DNA of 62,537 nt, counting the filler, from Pirum gemmata (taxonomy: Eukaryota): NCBI GenBank assembly GCA_002812295.1. It is 23 parts of 23 records of this genome, joined end to end, with 100 filler letters (N's around TTAATTAATTAA, not from the genome) between each part and the next. Parts side by side here need not be neighbours in the genome. Positions count along the whole stretch, not along the records: positions 10,694 to 13,279 come from PDIN01005618.1; positions 13,380 to 15,965 come from PDIN01005619.1; positions 16,066 to 18,344 come from PDIN01005620.1; positions 18,445 to 21,030 come from PDIN01005621.1; positions 21,131 to 23,716 come from PDIN01005622.1; positions 23,817 to 26,386 come from PDIN01005623.1; 17 more parts are not named here. The stretch is one strand, 5' to 3'. The notes beneath the pieces were generated by a model. It was not told the origin of the DNA, did not search any database, and saw nothing but the letters and a program-made list of their open reading frames with translations. This document shows positions 11,463 to 23,856 of the stretch, piece by piece. Both the position numbers and the translations under genes were made by a program. Within the stretch, counting starts at the first letter, position 1; each line of letters starts with the position of its first letter.

Positions 11463-12900
11463 TTAAACGATAAAGCTACCATCGACTTCATTATTATCCT
11501 CTTTTTTTTCATTATTAATCACAGAATCCTCGATTTTTTCATTGTTAACTATAAGATTATCATGTGTTAATTCCTCGTCCTCATCTTCGTCAACTATTTC
11601 AAGAACTTCCAAGTCTTCAATATTTTCGTGCTCGAGCTCTAAATTAGATTTAGGAGAAATTGACACACAACTATTTTTCCCTTCCATCTCAGTATTCACA
11701 TTCATAATAGAACTCGAATGCATGCGCATGGTTTGGTCATTGAAAACAATATCACTATTTCTAATTTTCCACCAAGCATAAATCATAGGTGTAGCAATAT
11801 CTAAACAATAAACAACACATTCATATTGGGCTACAAATAAACTTAATAAATCAACCCACATGTACCCGGACTTTAAAGCTTTGCTCCACAAAGCAATAGT
11901 TAAACCCACACTTATAATAAAAACATTACGAATATTAGTATAATAATCACAAAACTTTTGAGAACCAGATCTTGTTTGATAAGTATAATAACATATAACA
12001 AACGGATGAACTACACACATCATTAGCCAAGCTGGAATATAAATAATATCAACCCCATTATACACTAATTCATTTTTACTACTAAACCCAATAACAAAGA
12101 AAGGGATTAAACAACAGACATAAGTAACAACAAAAATAGGTGCAATACTTATGTAAGTTAAAAATGTTATTTTGACTTGTTTTGGTTGTAAACAGAGATA
12201 AATAATACGTTGTCTAGAAATAAAACTGAATTGAATTATAAAACCACCTAATAAGGTTATAGCAAAAGCAGTACATAAGTTTTTTCTAATTTGATCTATA
12301 TCATTTTCTGTACCCCAAATCTGCATTAAATTAATACCACAAACCAACAAAGTGCCAATAATACTAACCACGTATCCGATTGAATTAGTAATTAAAAAAT
12401 AAGATATACGCCCTTTCGCAAATCCACTATTACGAAAATAAAATAAACCACCAAAAAAGAGAAAAGTGATTAAAAAAGTAAACGAGGACAAAACAATACA
12501 ATATGTAAAAATGGTGTTTTGATTATTATCTTTATCTAGCAACGAATTTAACTGACTTCCTAATTGTATTTTCATATCCATAAACCATTTAGGTAAAACT
12601 GCAGGGTTTGTCATTGCTTTATATAAAATATCCTTAGGTATAGTGTTTGTAATTGTCAAATTTTGTTGTAATGTGCGTTGTGCTGCAGGAATTGTAGTTA
12701 ATATTTGACTTGTAATAGTTAAAGCCTTGGCTTGGCCCCCAAGAACCTGCTTTATGGCAAGTGCAGAGTATGTTTCCAGTGAGATTGCACTGAAGTAGAA
12801 TCCGAAGTAAAAGAAAAAGATTATTATGTATACAAATAAAATGAAGACCCAGCCTTTCCATGAATGGTATTTAGAGTAACATTCTCTTATGAATTGAGTC
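11463..12900 (-). CDS. Terminal exon of a class C (7tm_3)-like GPCR / multi-pass membrane protein
   Basis: The frame is open upstream of the track start, back to an AG acceptor at 12902-12901. About 7 hydrophobic segments. FYFRNSGFAK, GFIIQFSFISRQRIIY and YQTRSGSQKFCD resemble class C ICL1, TM3 and ICL3 signatures. Acidic C-terminal tail. Confidence 0.7.
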
Positions 12901-13488
12901 CTATGAATAAATTTAAAAAACCAAATTAATTAATTAAAATTAATAAAAATGTAATATTAATTATATATAATAATATATAATATATTATAATTATTATAAT
13001 TATTGTAATATACCTTGTCATGTATAATATTGTGTATCTCGATATTTTATTAATATATAATTAATATTTTGAATTAATTTATTAATATTACTTAATTAAG
13101 TTTATGGTTAGAGTTATAAATTAGGGTTAGGGCTAGGGTTAGGGTTAGGGTTAGGGTTAGGGTTAGGGTTAAGGGTTAAGGGTAAAGGTTAAGGTTTTAA
13201 AAGGGTTAAAAGGTTAAAGTTAGGGTTAAAGTTAGGGTTAAAGTTAGGGTTAAAGTTAGGGTTAAAGTTAGGGTTAAAGNNNNNNNNNNNNNNNNNNNNN
13301 NNNNNNNNNNNNNNNNNNNNNNNTTAATTAATTAANNNNNNNNNNNNNNNNNNNNNNNNNNNNNNNNNNNNNNNNNNNNTATATATATATATTATTGTTG
13401 TTGTTGTTGTTGTTGTTGTTGCTGTTGCTGTTTTTGTTGTTGTTTACACAATTTATTATTAGATGTTTTATTCCCGTGTGTTTCTCAG

Positions 13489-15669
13489 ATGCATTTCAAT
13501 TTTTCTGAATTGGACACGGAAGAGATAATTAGTTTCCTCAAAGTAGTAAAATTATTACCCCCTACTCAAAAATTGCAACATGATGTTATACAATGTGTCC
13601 AAGCATTAAACCCTAACCACGAATCGAACAGCACAGCCAAAAAAAAGAACCTAATTGGTTATTGTAACAATGCAGAAGAACACAACAGACTTGACGATTT
13701 GAATTACAAAGATATTGTGGTTGTACTTTCTGTATGCGCCAAATATAAGCTAGCGCCTTTAGAATTTTTGTTACGCTTAGATATTTTATTACGTCGCAAG
13801 TTTTTTAAATATAATTTGGAAAAACAAATTCATATTCAATACTTATTAACCGAATTGAATTTTTATAGTCCAGGTTTATGTAAAAGTATTCAGTGGAAAG
13901 TAGATCAGTATTCTACTTCTACTACCACTACCACTACACCCAGCAGTGGCGGTTTGGAATGGTCTGATTTGGGTATGCGTATGGAGCATTGGTTTTTCCT
14001 TTTGTGCTCTACAGCATCCATCTACCGCGGACATAGTCAAAGTATAAGGACTATAAACGAAACAGTTTTTATACCTACTGATAAAAAAGTCCTAGGGCTT
14101 ACTCAACAAAGTACTAGCTCGGCTAAGTATTTTCATATATTTGAGTATTGTAATACTAAGATTAGTCGTGGTGGTGTTAGTGATAGTAATAGTAGTAGTG
14201 GTGGTAAGAATGGTGGTGAGGGCAGTGTTATTACTAGTGATAGAATAGTAAAAATACCAAATATTTCTCCTCTACATTTTCATGACGTACTAGAGAAAAA
14301 TATTAGTCATGATTTTTATACTCATGATAATCTTCTTAGTAATAATGAAATCAAGGACAAGATTAAATCATATAAAGCTAACACAAGCACGTGTAATTAT
14401 CGTGAGTTAAAACATTGGAGGGAGTGGAAGGATGCCTTGTCGACTGTTGCCGAAAATTATTGCCGAAGCATGTTCAAAATTTTTCATAACGAAAATTTAA
14501 TCATTCGCTTTTCTCAAGAGTTACCCTCGAAATATGCCAGCGATATTTGTTATAGTTTCCTCTGTTTCGGTGCTAAAACCATTAAAGTGCAGGAAGCCTT
14601 GGAGTGGGTTGCCAAAGGGTTAAAACATAGCACCTACGATATGAAAAGGCGAAAGTGTTATTCTGGCCATGAGAAACTAGATATTCTTAATCGGCCGCAA
14701 CAGGGCGTTAGTAGTAATGAATATATCGATACAACTGATCTTTTATCTTACGATGTACAAGCATTGTATAGTATAAGCCACGCTATGGTCAAAACAAACA
14801 TAATCAACAAACCTCTTGGAAGGGATTTTCTGAAAAAACTGCGCGTAAGATTTTATTATCAACAAGACATTTTTTTCGACGCGAATCATTTGGGATTCTT
14901 TCTTTGGCTTTTTGGGAATGTGGCCAGCAACCGACAACGATGTGTCTTCAGTCGTGGTGTCGACAAAAAGAATGAGGTCGATTACGGTTTTCAGCAGTAT
15001 TTGGGTAAGAGTTTGCTTCAATTGTTAGTGCTTGAAAATAATATTAGAAAGCGTAATCGCCATGTTGGTGTTGATGGTGGTGGTGGTATTGGTAATGTTG
15101 GTGGTGCTGATGGTTTTGGTAGTGGTGATGGTAGTAATGTTGGTGGTGCTGATGGTTTTGGTAGTGGTGATGGTAGTGATCAGTGTAATTTTGTTGCCCA
15201 AAATCACGTTTTTAAAGCCAACCAAAAAATCCATCCTAATCGTATTGTGAAAATGCTTCGTGATTATAATTCAATTACTTGTCGTAAAATTACTGATAAT
15301 GGTGATGGTGGACTCACGAAAAAGGACCGAAAAATATTGGCCCACAAAACTAAAACAGTGATTGAATGCAATAGCTCTTTTGCTGTTTCGAATCCAGCTT
15401 TATATCAAGAATTTCAAAACTATTACATAAAACAACCGAAAGCTTTTAGTCTGCATTTGGTTAATTTGCTTTACAAAGCACTCAAGTTTCCTGGTTATGG
15501 ACAAATGCTTGGTTTAGATGTTCTAAAAACGGCCTGTCAACATTTGGATTTTTACTTAAATCGCGCGACAAATGAGGATGTAGCGAATTTTACTTTGAAC
15601 CTGTCAGATTTGAAAAAGTATAATGATATGCAGGACAACAATGGTATTGGTAATAATAGTAACAATCTT

Positions 15670-15713
<44 letters not shown>

Positions 15714-15855
15714 AGTAGAATTAGAGAAAGTGTTTTCAGCTTTAGATGAGTTCATGGGCTCGCGTCGTGTTGACACTCGCAATTTGCGAAAATTTGTAAT
15801 TGGTGCGAAAACTGCGAAATTCGACTTCCCGAAAGTTGCCCAATCTTTGGGTTAA
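13489..15855 (+). CDS. 788-aa protein with degenerate helical repeats (FASTK/OPR-like, possibly organellar RNA-binding); possibly a terminal exon
   Basis: Long ORF preceded by tttctcag. Motifs such as QALYSISHAMVK and FDANHLGFFLWLFGNV, with Gly-rich and poly-Asn insertions. The family assignment is weak. Confidence 0.7.
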
Positions 15856-16065
15856 TAATATTTCAAAAAAGAACATCAACAATAACACCAATAATGGTTA
15901 ATAATGATGGTAATAATAATAATAATAATAATATGATAATAATAATGGTAATAATATTAATAAAANNNNNNNNNNNNNNNNNNNNNNNNNNNNNNNNNNN
16001 NNNNNNNNNTTAATTAATTAANNNNNNNNNNNNNNNNNNNNNNNNNNNNNNNNNNNNNNNNNNNN

Positions 16066-16434
16066 GGAGCTTTCAAATACTACGTAACGCCAACTTCTGG
16101 TCAAATACAGCTTCAAATACCCCAACCTACCTACCTCTCGACGTTAATTTCCTGTCAAATACCACCTACCTACCTACCCCTTGACGTGACGTATTATAGT
16201 AGGGGTGAGATATCTACTGGAACTTTTTTCGAACAGATGCTTATCGAGCCAACCTTAGTTCCGTGTTCCTTACTACTAATAGCATTTTAATAGCTTAAAA
16301 TAGTAAATCTAATTATAGTAGATACCAATTAAAGTAATAGTATTAAAAACCATAAAAATCGGAAAAGTTTCGGCAGCTGTTCGGTAATAATAAAATGACG
16401 TCATCTCACCTACTCGTATTATTTGAACACTCCC
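16066..16434 (+). mobile_element. PIF/Harbinger-like MITE family C, interrupted by a nested element
   Basis: Ends GGAGC(T)TTCAAATA and TATTTGAACACTCCC, with internal cctacctacc and tgacgt motifs. Copies at about 9857-9988, 10534-10593, 58703-58815(-), and a related one at 28100-28443. Confidence 0.7.
16198..16414. mobile_element. 217-bp TIR element with 8-bp TSD, nested in family C
   Basis: CGTATTAT duplicated at 16190-16197 and 16415-16422. Ends AGTAGGGGTGAGAT and ATCTCACCTACT. The empty site gacgtgacgtattatttgaa is present at 9961-9980. Confidence 0.85.
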
Positions 16435-16581
16435 TACCAAATTAATACGATATAAATCCATTTCATTTAATTTGGTATATTTTATTATATATATACATAT
16501 ATTTAAAAGTATCAATTGAAATATTATAAACAACCAAATAAATATTCAGAGTGACAAAATAAATGAAACGCACAATATAAT

Positions 16582-16812
16582 AGGAGGGATGACATCCCCT
16601 TTGGCAGAAATTTGGAGATAGGTTACAAAAGGAATTGAGATGGCAAAAATTATTACTTAAAATAGATATTTATATCCTTAAAATAGTAGTNNNNNNNNNA
16701 GTATTACTATTAATAGTTATAAGTTAACTTTTTATAGTAATTTAAGTCAAATTTTCAATTTTTGCCGTACCCTAGGTTGGTATTAGTATTATGACGTCAT
16801 GTCATCCCTCCT
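16582..16812. mobile_element. TIR element with 14-bp perfect TIRs and 8-bp TSD
   Basis: AGGAGGGATGACAT...ATGTCATCCCTCCT, flanked by AATATAAT on both sides. Confidence 0.8.
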
Positions 16813-17519
16813 AATATAATCTACTAGCTAGACTAGCTGCTAGACTCTAAAAAAAAAAGCATCCATTATTCCATATATAGTAATATTGAGCCATGCCCAA
16901 ATTTTTTGTTGGGCATAGTCACAGTTTTTTCCTCGTGAATCAAGCTAACAATTTATGCCTTTAACACCAAACAAAGTATTTGGGCATAGTTTTTTGTATT
17001 TAGGGCATGTCTTTTATTAGTCTTTTATTATCCATATATATTATAATAATATTAAGGCAATTTATAGTGGGTTAGGGTTAGGTTAGAGTTAGGTTAAGGT
17101 TAAGGTTAAGGTTAAGGTTAGGGTTGGTGGTTAGGGTTAGGAGTGGCTGGGTTGGCGGTTAGGGTCAGGGTTATAAATTAGGGTTAGGGTTAGGGTTAGG
17201 GTTAGGGTTAGGGTTATGTGTATGTTATATATTGTATTAAACAATTATTTAATTAATACATTATAAGTTAAGTAGCATACAATAACCAACCATAACCATA
17301 ACCATAACCATAACCATAACCATAACCATAGCCATAACTATAAACAAAAACTCTTTTTATTTATTTATTTATTTATTCTTTTATTAATTATTTGCTATAA
17401 AAAAAAGGTATCATTTTGTTTATAAATGCAAACAAATACGTATACATTTGTCGGGGCATTGTTTCTGCCCCCGCCCCCGCCACCTACACCTATCCACCCA
17501 ACATAAAGACTTTTACTGT

Positions 17520-18030
17520 AATCGAAAAAATCCTATTTTTTCTCTCATATTTAAGGACAAATCTGAAAAAATCCTATTTTTCCTTATATTTAGTACTTTC
17601 TATTTTTCTAATTACCAACAAATTTCGAAAAAATCCTAGTTTGCCCCATTTTTTCGGAAAGTCTTATTTCGAAAAAATCCTATTTTTTATCCCATTTTTT
17701 CAGGAAAAATATGAAAAAGTCCTATTTTGTCCTTATATTTAGTACTTTCTATTTTTCTGATTATCGACAAATTTCATTTTGTCCTAGTTTGCCCTATTTT
17801 TTCGGACAATTTCCAAAAGTCCTATTTCGAAAAAATCCTATTTTTTATCCCATTTCTCAGGAAAAATATGAAAAAGGAAAAATATGAAAAAGTCCTATTT
17901 TGTCCTTATATTTAGTACTTTCTATTTTTCTAACTACCAATAAATTTCGAAAAAATCCTATTTTGTCCTATTTTGCACCCATTTTTTAGGATAATTTCCA
18001 AAAAGTCCTATTTTTTAGGCTATTCCAGTG
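17520..18030. repeat. Array of AA(A/G)TCCTATTT motifs in about 150-175-bp units, ending in CAGTG (possible CACTA/CACTG-type terminus)
   Basis: ccttatatttagtactttctattttt recurs at about 17582, 17731 and 17904. The terminal tattccagtg reads CACTGG on the minus strand. No partner end is seen. Confidence 0.5.
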
Positions 18031-18506
18031 TTCTCGCTTTAATAAAAAATTAAGTTGTAATTTGTTTGGTTGGTTTTGGTTACCCCTAACATTATTAATA
18101 GATGATTTAGTTGTTGTTAAAATTAGATCGAAAAAATTTCGAAAATTTCGAACTAGTCTCGATTCGATGGTTTTTCCCGCATCTCCTGGGTGATTTTTGA
18201 TGGGTTGTAGGTGGTTTTTATTGGGAATGAATGTTCGTTGGTGGTGGTTGTGGGTTATTATTATTATTATTATTAATATTATTATTATTATTGTTATTAT
18301 TGTTATTGTTGTTATTATTGTTATTGTTGTTGTTGTTGTTGTTGNNNNNNNNNNNNNNNNNNNNNNNNNNNNNNNNNNNNNNNNNNNNTTAATTAATTAA
18401 NNNNNNNNNNNNNNNNNNNNNNNNNNNNNNNNNNNNNNNNNNNNAAAAAAAGAAAAAATATGATGCTTTGGCATATATATATATAGTTTTTTTTTTTTTT
18501 AATTAC

Positions 18507-20960
18507 CTAAGTGCACTTTTTAGAGGAAATCGGCTTTCAAGGCCCGGATTCTGATTACGGAACATTTCTTTTATTCTATTTTCATAGCCAAGTAACAGAA
18601 CTGCGATGTTTCCATCGTCCTGCACTTTTTCCACGATAGTATCTAAAGCTTCTTTGCCAAATTTATCATCATCAAGATTGTACACTTCATCAATAATTAA
18701 CACTTTTCCTAAAAGTATAAATATTAATAATATTTAATACATGAAAAACGACAGTGATAAATGAATAATGATAAATGATAAATGATAAATGATAAATGAT
18801 AAATGATAAATGATAAATGATAAATGATAAATGATAAATGATAAATAATAAATGATAAATGATAAATGATAAATGANNNNNNNNNNNNNNNNNNNNNNNN
18901 NNNNNNNATAAATGATAAATGATAAATGATCAATGATAAATGATAAATGATAAATGATAAATGATAAATGATAAATGATAAATGATAAATGATAAATGAT
19001 GAATGATAAATGATAAATGATAAATGATAAATGATAAATGATAAATGATAAATGATAAATGATAAATGATAAATGGGAAATGGAACTGATAAATGGTAAA
19101 CATGCAAAATATTTCTTACAAATAATAAAGAGTGTATTTTGAATTATTCAAAATAAAAATAACAAAAATTATTAAAACACCTCGACAAGAATTGAATATT
19201 TCTTTTGTTTGAGTGCTTGCACTTCCGACAGTATCACCTTTAAAATCACTGGCTTTTTTGTCCATTACTTCTCCGCTACTTAAAATGTTTAATGCTTTCA
19301 AAAGTTTCCCATACAGACGCGCAAAGGTAGTTTTTCCAGTTCCTGGTTAATATTAACAATATCATTTAGTTAATGTTATTGTTGTAGTAGTTTGTAGTTA
19401 ATGTTGCTGTATTAGTACATAGTTGACGTTGTTGCAGTATACGTGGTTTGTAGTTAATGTAGTTATGAATATTGTGATAATTTGTGATTATTTCTAATTT
19501 AGAATAAGGCTGAACTTATAGTTGAAAAAGACTTTTACGTTATTAAACGGGTATAGTAATAACTATTCAACATTAAGATAATAGAAAGAGGTCTAAAGTA
19601 ACAGGCTAATGCGTATGACGTCACCATAATATATATATATATATATTTACTTTTTTATCTTCTTGATTGCCTTATTAGGAAATATTTATTACCTTTAAAG
19701 GATTCTTGATTTCCTTATATGGTATTGTAATAAATATTTATTGCCTTAAGTGAAAATCTTTTTTGAATTTGTTACTATATTTATAAAGATCTCTTACCAT
19801 ATTAGGAATCCATGGAAATCTAGTTGGGTTCCATGTATTTTCTTCATGTCAAAATGTCATGGAAAAAGCCCATGATACATGCTTGTACTTTGATCTTTTT
19901 CCATGTCAAAAGTCCATGTCATTTATTTTTCCATGTTGTCATTGTGTATTTGAAAATATGGTAAAGATTTAACAAAAACCAAAATCTAGCAACAAAAAGG
20001 AAACTTTAGCATGGAAAAAGATCAAAGTACAAGTATGGATCAAAGTACAAGTTAATTATAAAATCAGAGAAAACTTATTATTTCTTTTTGTAAATGTTTT
20101 TTTGTTCGCTTATATAGTGTTTTCGTTTACTATTTTTAATAGATCTAAATCTAATATTGTATATTTACTATTTTTAACTTTAACTAAAAATATATATTTT
20201 TTTGTTGTTTTTCCATGTTGTTTTTCCATGTTGAAATCAAAAAAGTATATTAAAATAAACAACTAATAACAACAACAACAAAAAAAAAAAAATGCATAAT
20301 TTTAAAGAGTATCAGCTAATTATGCGAAAAGTTGATGATATTTTAAAAAGAGAAAAAAGAGAAAAGATAAAAAAAATAATAATGGGAATATTAGATAGTC
20401 ATCTTGAAAAACATTTAGAATGGCGTAAAACAGTAGCAAAGGATATACATTTTGATGATTATGAAATAATATCTACCAAAAATCATGAAATAACAATACA
20501 TTTATTAAATGCACATAAATTGTCATGTAGATTGAATGTTTCAAAAACGGGGGGATATAGATATACATACTACCGTCCAGATTCAATTGAGACTTCAATT
20601 TGGAAATATTGGCTATCGTATCTAGACCCCACCAGTGGGGCACCACCGCTTATTCGAACAACATAAATATATATATATATTTAGTTAAAGTTAAAAATAG
20701 TAAATATACAATAATAGATTTAGATCTATTAAAAATAGTAAACGAAAACACTATATAAGCGAACAAAAGAAATAATAAGTTTTCTCTGATTTTATAATTA
20801 ACTTGTATCAGGGCGAGGACCAATCACATTTTCTATTGTTATCTCTACAATGTCTTCATCAGAATCACTTTGGGCGGCCGAGTCCAACCCACTTTGAAAC
20901 ATGGTTCTGACATCACGAGCATTTCCAAAACCCACTTCACCAGAATTTTTAGCTAAGCGT
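18507..20960 (-). CDS. CbbX/SpoVK-like multi-AAA ATPase, internal exons 20960-~20803, 19342-19181 and 18708-18507; possibly disrupted
   Basis: RLAKNSGEVGFGNARDVR...IGPRPD; Walker A (G)TGKTTFARLYG; Walker B GKVLIIDEVY; NPGLESRFP. GT-AG junctions keep frame between the last two exons. Confidence 0.85.
18755..19075 (+). repeat. (TGATAAA)n heptamer minisatellite in an intron
   Basis: About 40 near-perfect units with an internal N gap. Confidence 0.95.
20046..20807. mobile_element. Cassette with about 140-150-bp inverted repeats enclosing one ORF
   Basis: 20046-~20197 is the reverse complement of ~20666-20807 (tacaagttaattataaaatcagagaaaac...atagatctaaatcta), apart from small indels including one of about 15 nt. 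Confidence 0.75.
20292..20666 (+). CDS. Orphan 124-aa intronless protein inside the inverted repeats
   Basis: ATG follows a poly(A) run. Non-repetitive composition. The stop codon abuts the right inverted repeat. Confidence 0.55.
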   Translation: MHNFKEYQLIMRKVDDILKREKREKIKKIIMGILDSHLEKHLEWRKTVAKDIHFDDYEIISTKNHEITIHLLNAHKLSCRLNVSKTGGYRYTYYRPDSIETSIWKYWLSYLDPTSGAPPLIRTT

Positions 20961-21130
20961 CTATTATTATTATTATTATTATTAATTATTAGATAAATAA
21001 TAATAACAACAACAACAACAACTACAACAANNNNNNNNNNNNNNNNNNNNNNNNNNNNNNNNNNNNNNNNNNNNTTAATTAATTAANNNNNNNNNNNNNN
21101 NNNNNNNNNNNNNNNNNNNNNNNNNNNNNN

Positions 21131-22146
21131 CATAATGACAAAGATGAATTAATACATGGCTCAGATTACAATCCAACAGTAAATATGGTTTTGCAATCGG
21201 ACGCACATTTCAATAAATATGGCACCATCAAGCCTAATCGAAGAATAAAATCTAACAGTGAACTTAGTAACAATTCTGTAAAACAAAATGAACTTATAGA
21301 AGAAGTCAACTCAAAACCAAAAGAGTTAACTGAATCAGGAGAATTTATTTATAAAGAATACAACAATAACAATAACAATAACAACAATAATAATAACAAT
21401 AACAATAACAGCAACAATAAAAATAATAACTACAATAATAATAATGAAATCGATGTTAATGATGATAATGATGATAATGATGATGTACATATTTACGCGT
21501 TACCCTCAATTAGTCGTCGTAATAAGCGTACCCATAGTTTTTCCGGTGGGTTTGAAAATGACGAGAAAAACGACGATGATAACAATAACAATAACAATAA
21601 CAAAACCAAAAACAATAATAAGACTATTTTGAATTCTTTAAAATATTCGAAAAGTGAACAAACGCTTAGTTCAGTCCGTCAAAATAACCATGACCATATT
21701 AACAATATTAATAACAATAACAATAACAATAATTTTAACAATAACACTGATTATAGTATTTCGAGTAGTAGTAGTAGTAGTAGTAGTGGTAACATGAATG
21801 ATGAAAAAACAACAACAAAACCGTTTAGTCAGGAAGATATTAGTGCGTTGTGCGAATTGTCTTCAAAACAGTTAGCCGCTATTTGTAATTTGACGCAAAC
21901 TGCTTTTAGAAACAATGATAACAAGTTCAAAATCATGGAGAGATTGATCGAGCAATTTATTCCTGTTGAAAAATCACAAAGTTTTGATTACATCAACACA
22001 GAAACCATTTACGAATCTACTAACGATGAAGATAGTGTTACTTACGAAATTTACTCGTATGACATTCCTAATAACCAAGATAATGATAACAACAACAGCG
22101 AAGATGATGATAAGATTGGACAGAGAAAAAAGAGTACTATTAGTAA

Positions 22147-22179
<33 letters not shown>

Positions 22180-22726
22180 CAAGAGGTTTGTTACAAGGAA
22201 AAAATCATTAGATGAAACTATGTTGGTTGTTGGTGATGTACTGTACGAGAGCCCAAGTGAAGTGGATGTGAGTGCATGTAATGAAAACAGTAACAACACC
22301 AACAGTGATGGTAGTAGCCCAACTATCCAAATTAACAGGGGTTCCCTTCGAAGTCATGGTAGTCGTGGACGATCTTCGCTTCCGTTAACCTTACGGAAAA
22401 ATAGCGCTGGGGAAATGGAAGTAACACAACAACAAAAACCACCTTCTACCAGACGGGTAACTATCAGTAATGTTTGTGATGAGGAACAGTATTTTGATGA
22501 TGATGGCAAATATTATGAGGCTAAAACACATGATGATAATGATGCTGGGTTCGTTTATGCTATTGAAAGTGAGTTGTCGTCCGAACCTGAAGAAGAAGTA
22601 GTTTATGAACACCCTAAGGGGGTTAAAATTACTGAGTTGATTCAAAGATCCAAGCTTAAAAAGCGTCCACCCCCCCCACCAGCGATGCGCGAACGTTCTA
22701 AAACATGTTTGACGGTTATGTTGTAA
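21131..22726 (+). CDS. Low-complexity Asn/Ser/Asp-rich protein, 5' partial
   Basis: Frame is open from the contig start (18 codons before the track ATG). More than 530 codons, with a C-terminal RPPPPP motif and no recognisable domain. Confidence 0.75.
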
Positions 22727-23152
22727 TATCGATTGATATTGATATTGTTTTATATTGTATATAAAAATAAAAATAAAAATAATTTCCTTCTTTTCTAAAA
22801 ATAATTTTTTTTGTAGATAAATGCTTATTTAATACATACATACATCCTCACCCTGATCTTAACCCTAACACTAACCTTAACGCTAACCCTAGCGCTAAAT
22901 GTAATTTAACCCCAACCCTTATCTTAACTTTAACCCTAACCCTAACCCTAGCCCTAACCCTAACCCTAACCCTAACCTAACTCAGCCCAAACTTAAACCC
23001 AAGCCCAAGCCCAAACCCTTAACCTAACCCTCAACACAATACAAACGCAAACCCATATTCCCAACCCAAGCCCCAACCTAACCCAATTATTATTCTTCTT
23101 CTTTTTCTTCTTTATTATTACCTTCAAAATTTCACATTTAATTTTTAAGTCA

Positions 23153-23514
23153 TTAAAGTTTTATTTCTGGTCCAGGGCCATATGAGTCAGGTGGTGTTGG
23201 TCCGTGGTGCTCTTGTACTATATTCCCACCATCAACTACTATACAGCTTCCTGTTACATAAGAAGCACTACTACTTGCCAAAAAACCTACCGCCGCCGCC
23301 ACCTCCTCTGGTTGGCCAGGCCTTCCTATTGGGGTGTAACGACCGGCCTCCAACTCATCGCCATCAGATGAACCAGTGCGAATCCAACCTGGCTGAATGC
23401 TATTACATGTAATACCATTTCTTCCTTCTTCAACCGCAATACCACGCATTAATCCATCAATAGCCGATTTAGCAGTCGAATAAGCACTTGATCCAACTGC
23501 AGATACCCATGATC
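23153..23514 (-). CDS. Short-chain dehydrogenase/reductase (FabG-like), last exon
   Basis: Acceptor ttgtag at 23515. Catalytic YxxxK in AYSTAK, then CNSIQPGWI, PIGRPGQPEEVA and YVTGSCIVVDGG. Confidence 0.9.
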
Positions 23515-23856
23515 CTACAAAAAATAAATGAAAAAAACTTTTTTAATAATAATAATAATAATGATGATGATGATGATACTGATATGATGATTATGATCAT
23601 AATCATAATAATTGTAATTATAATGATAATGATCATGAATAATAATGGCAAAGGTAATGGTAATGATAATGATAATGAAAATGGTAATGATAATGATAAT
23701 GATGATAATAATAATANNNNNNNNNNNNNNNNNNNNNNNNNNNNNNNNNNNNNNNNNNNNTTAATTAATTAANNNNNNNNNNNNNNNNNNNNNNNNNNNN
23801 NNNNNNNNNNNNNNNNTTATTATTATTCTAGCTATAGCTTTTTTATTTTTACTTAG

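Noticed and set aside
17416..17915. ORFs and CRISPR-like periodicity in the TCCTATTT array
   Set aside because: Units are degenerate copies of each other with no unique spacers, there are no cas genes, and the context is eukaryotic.
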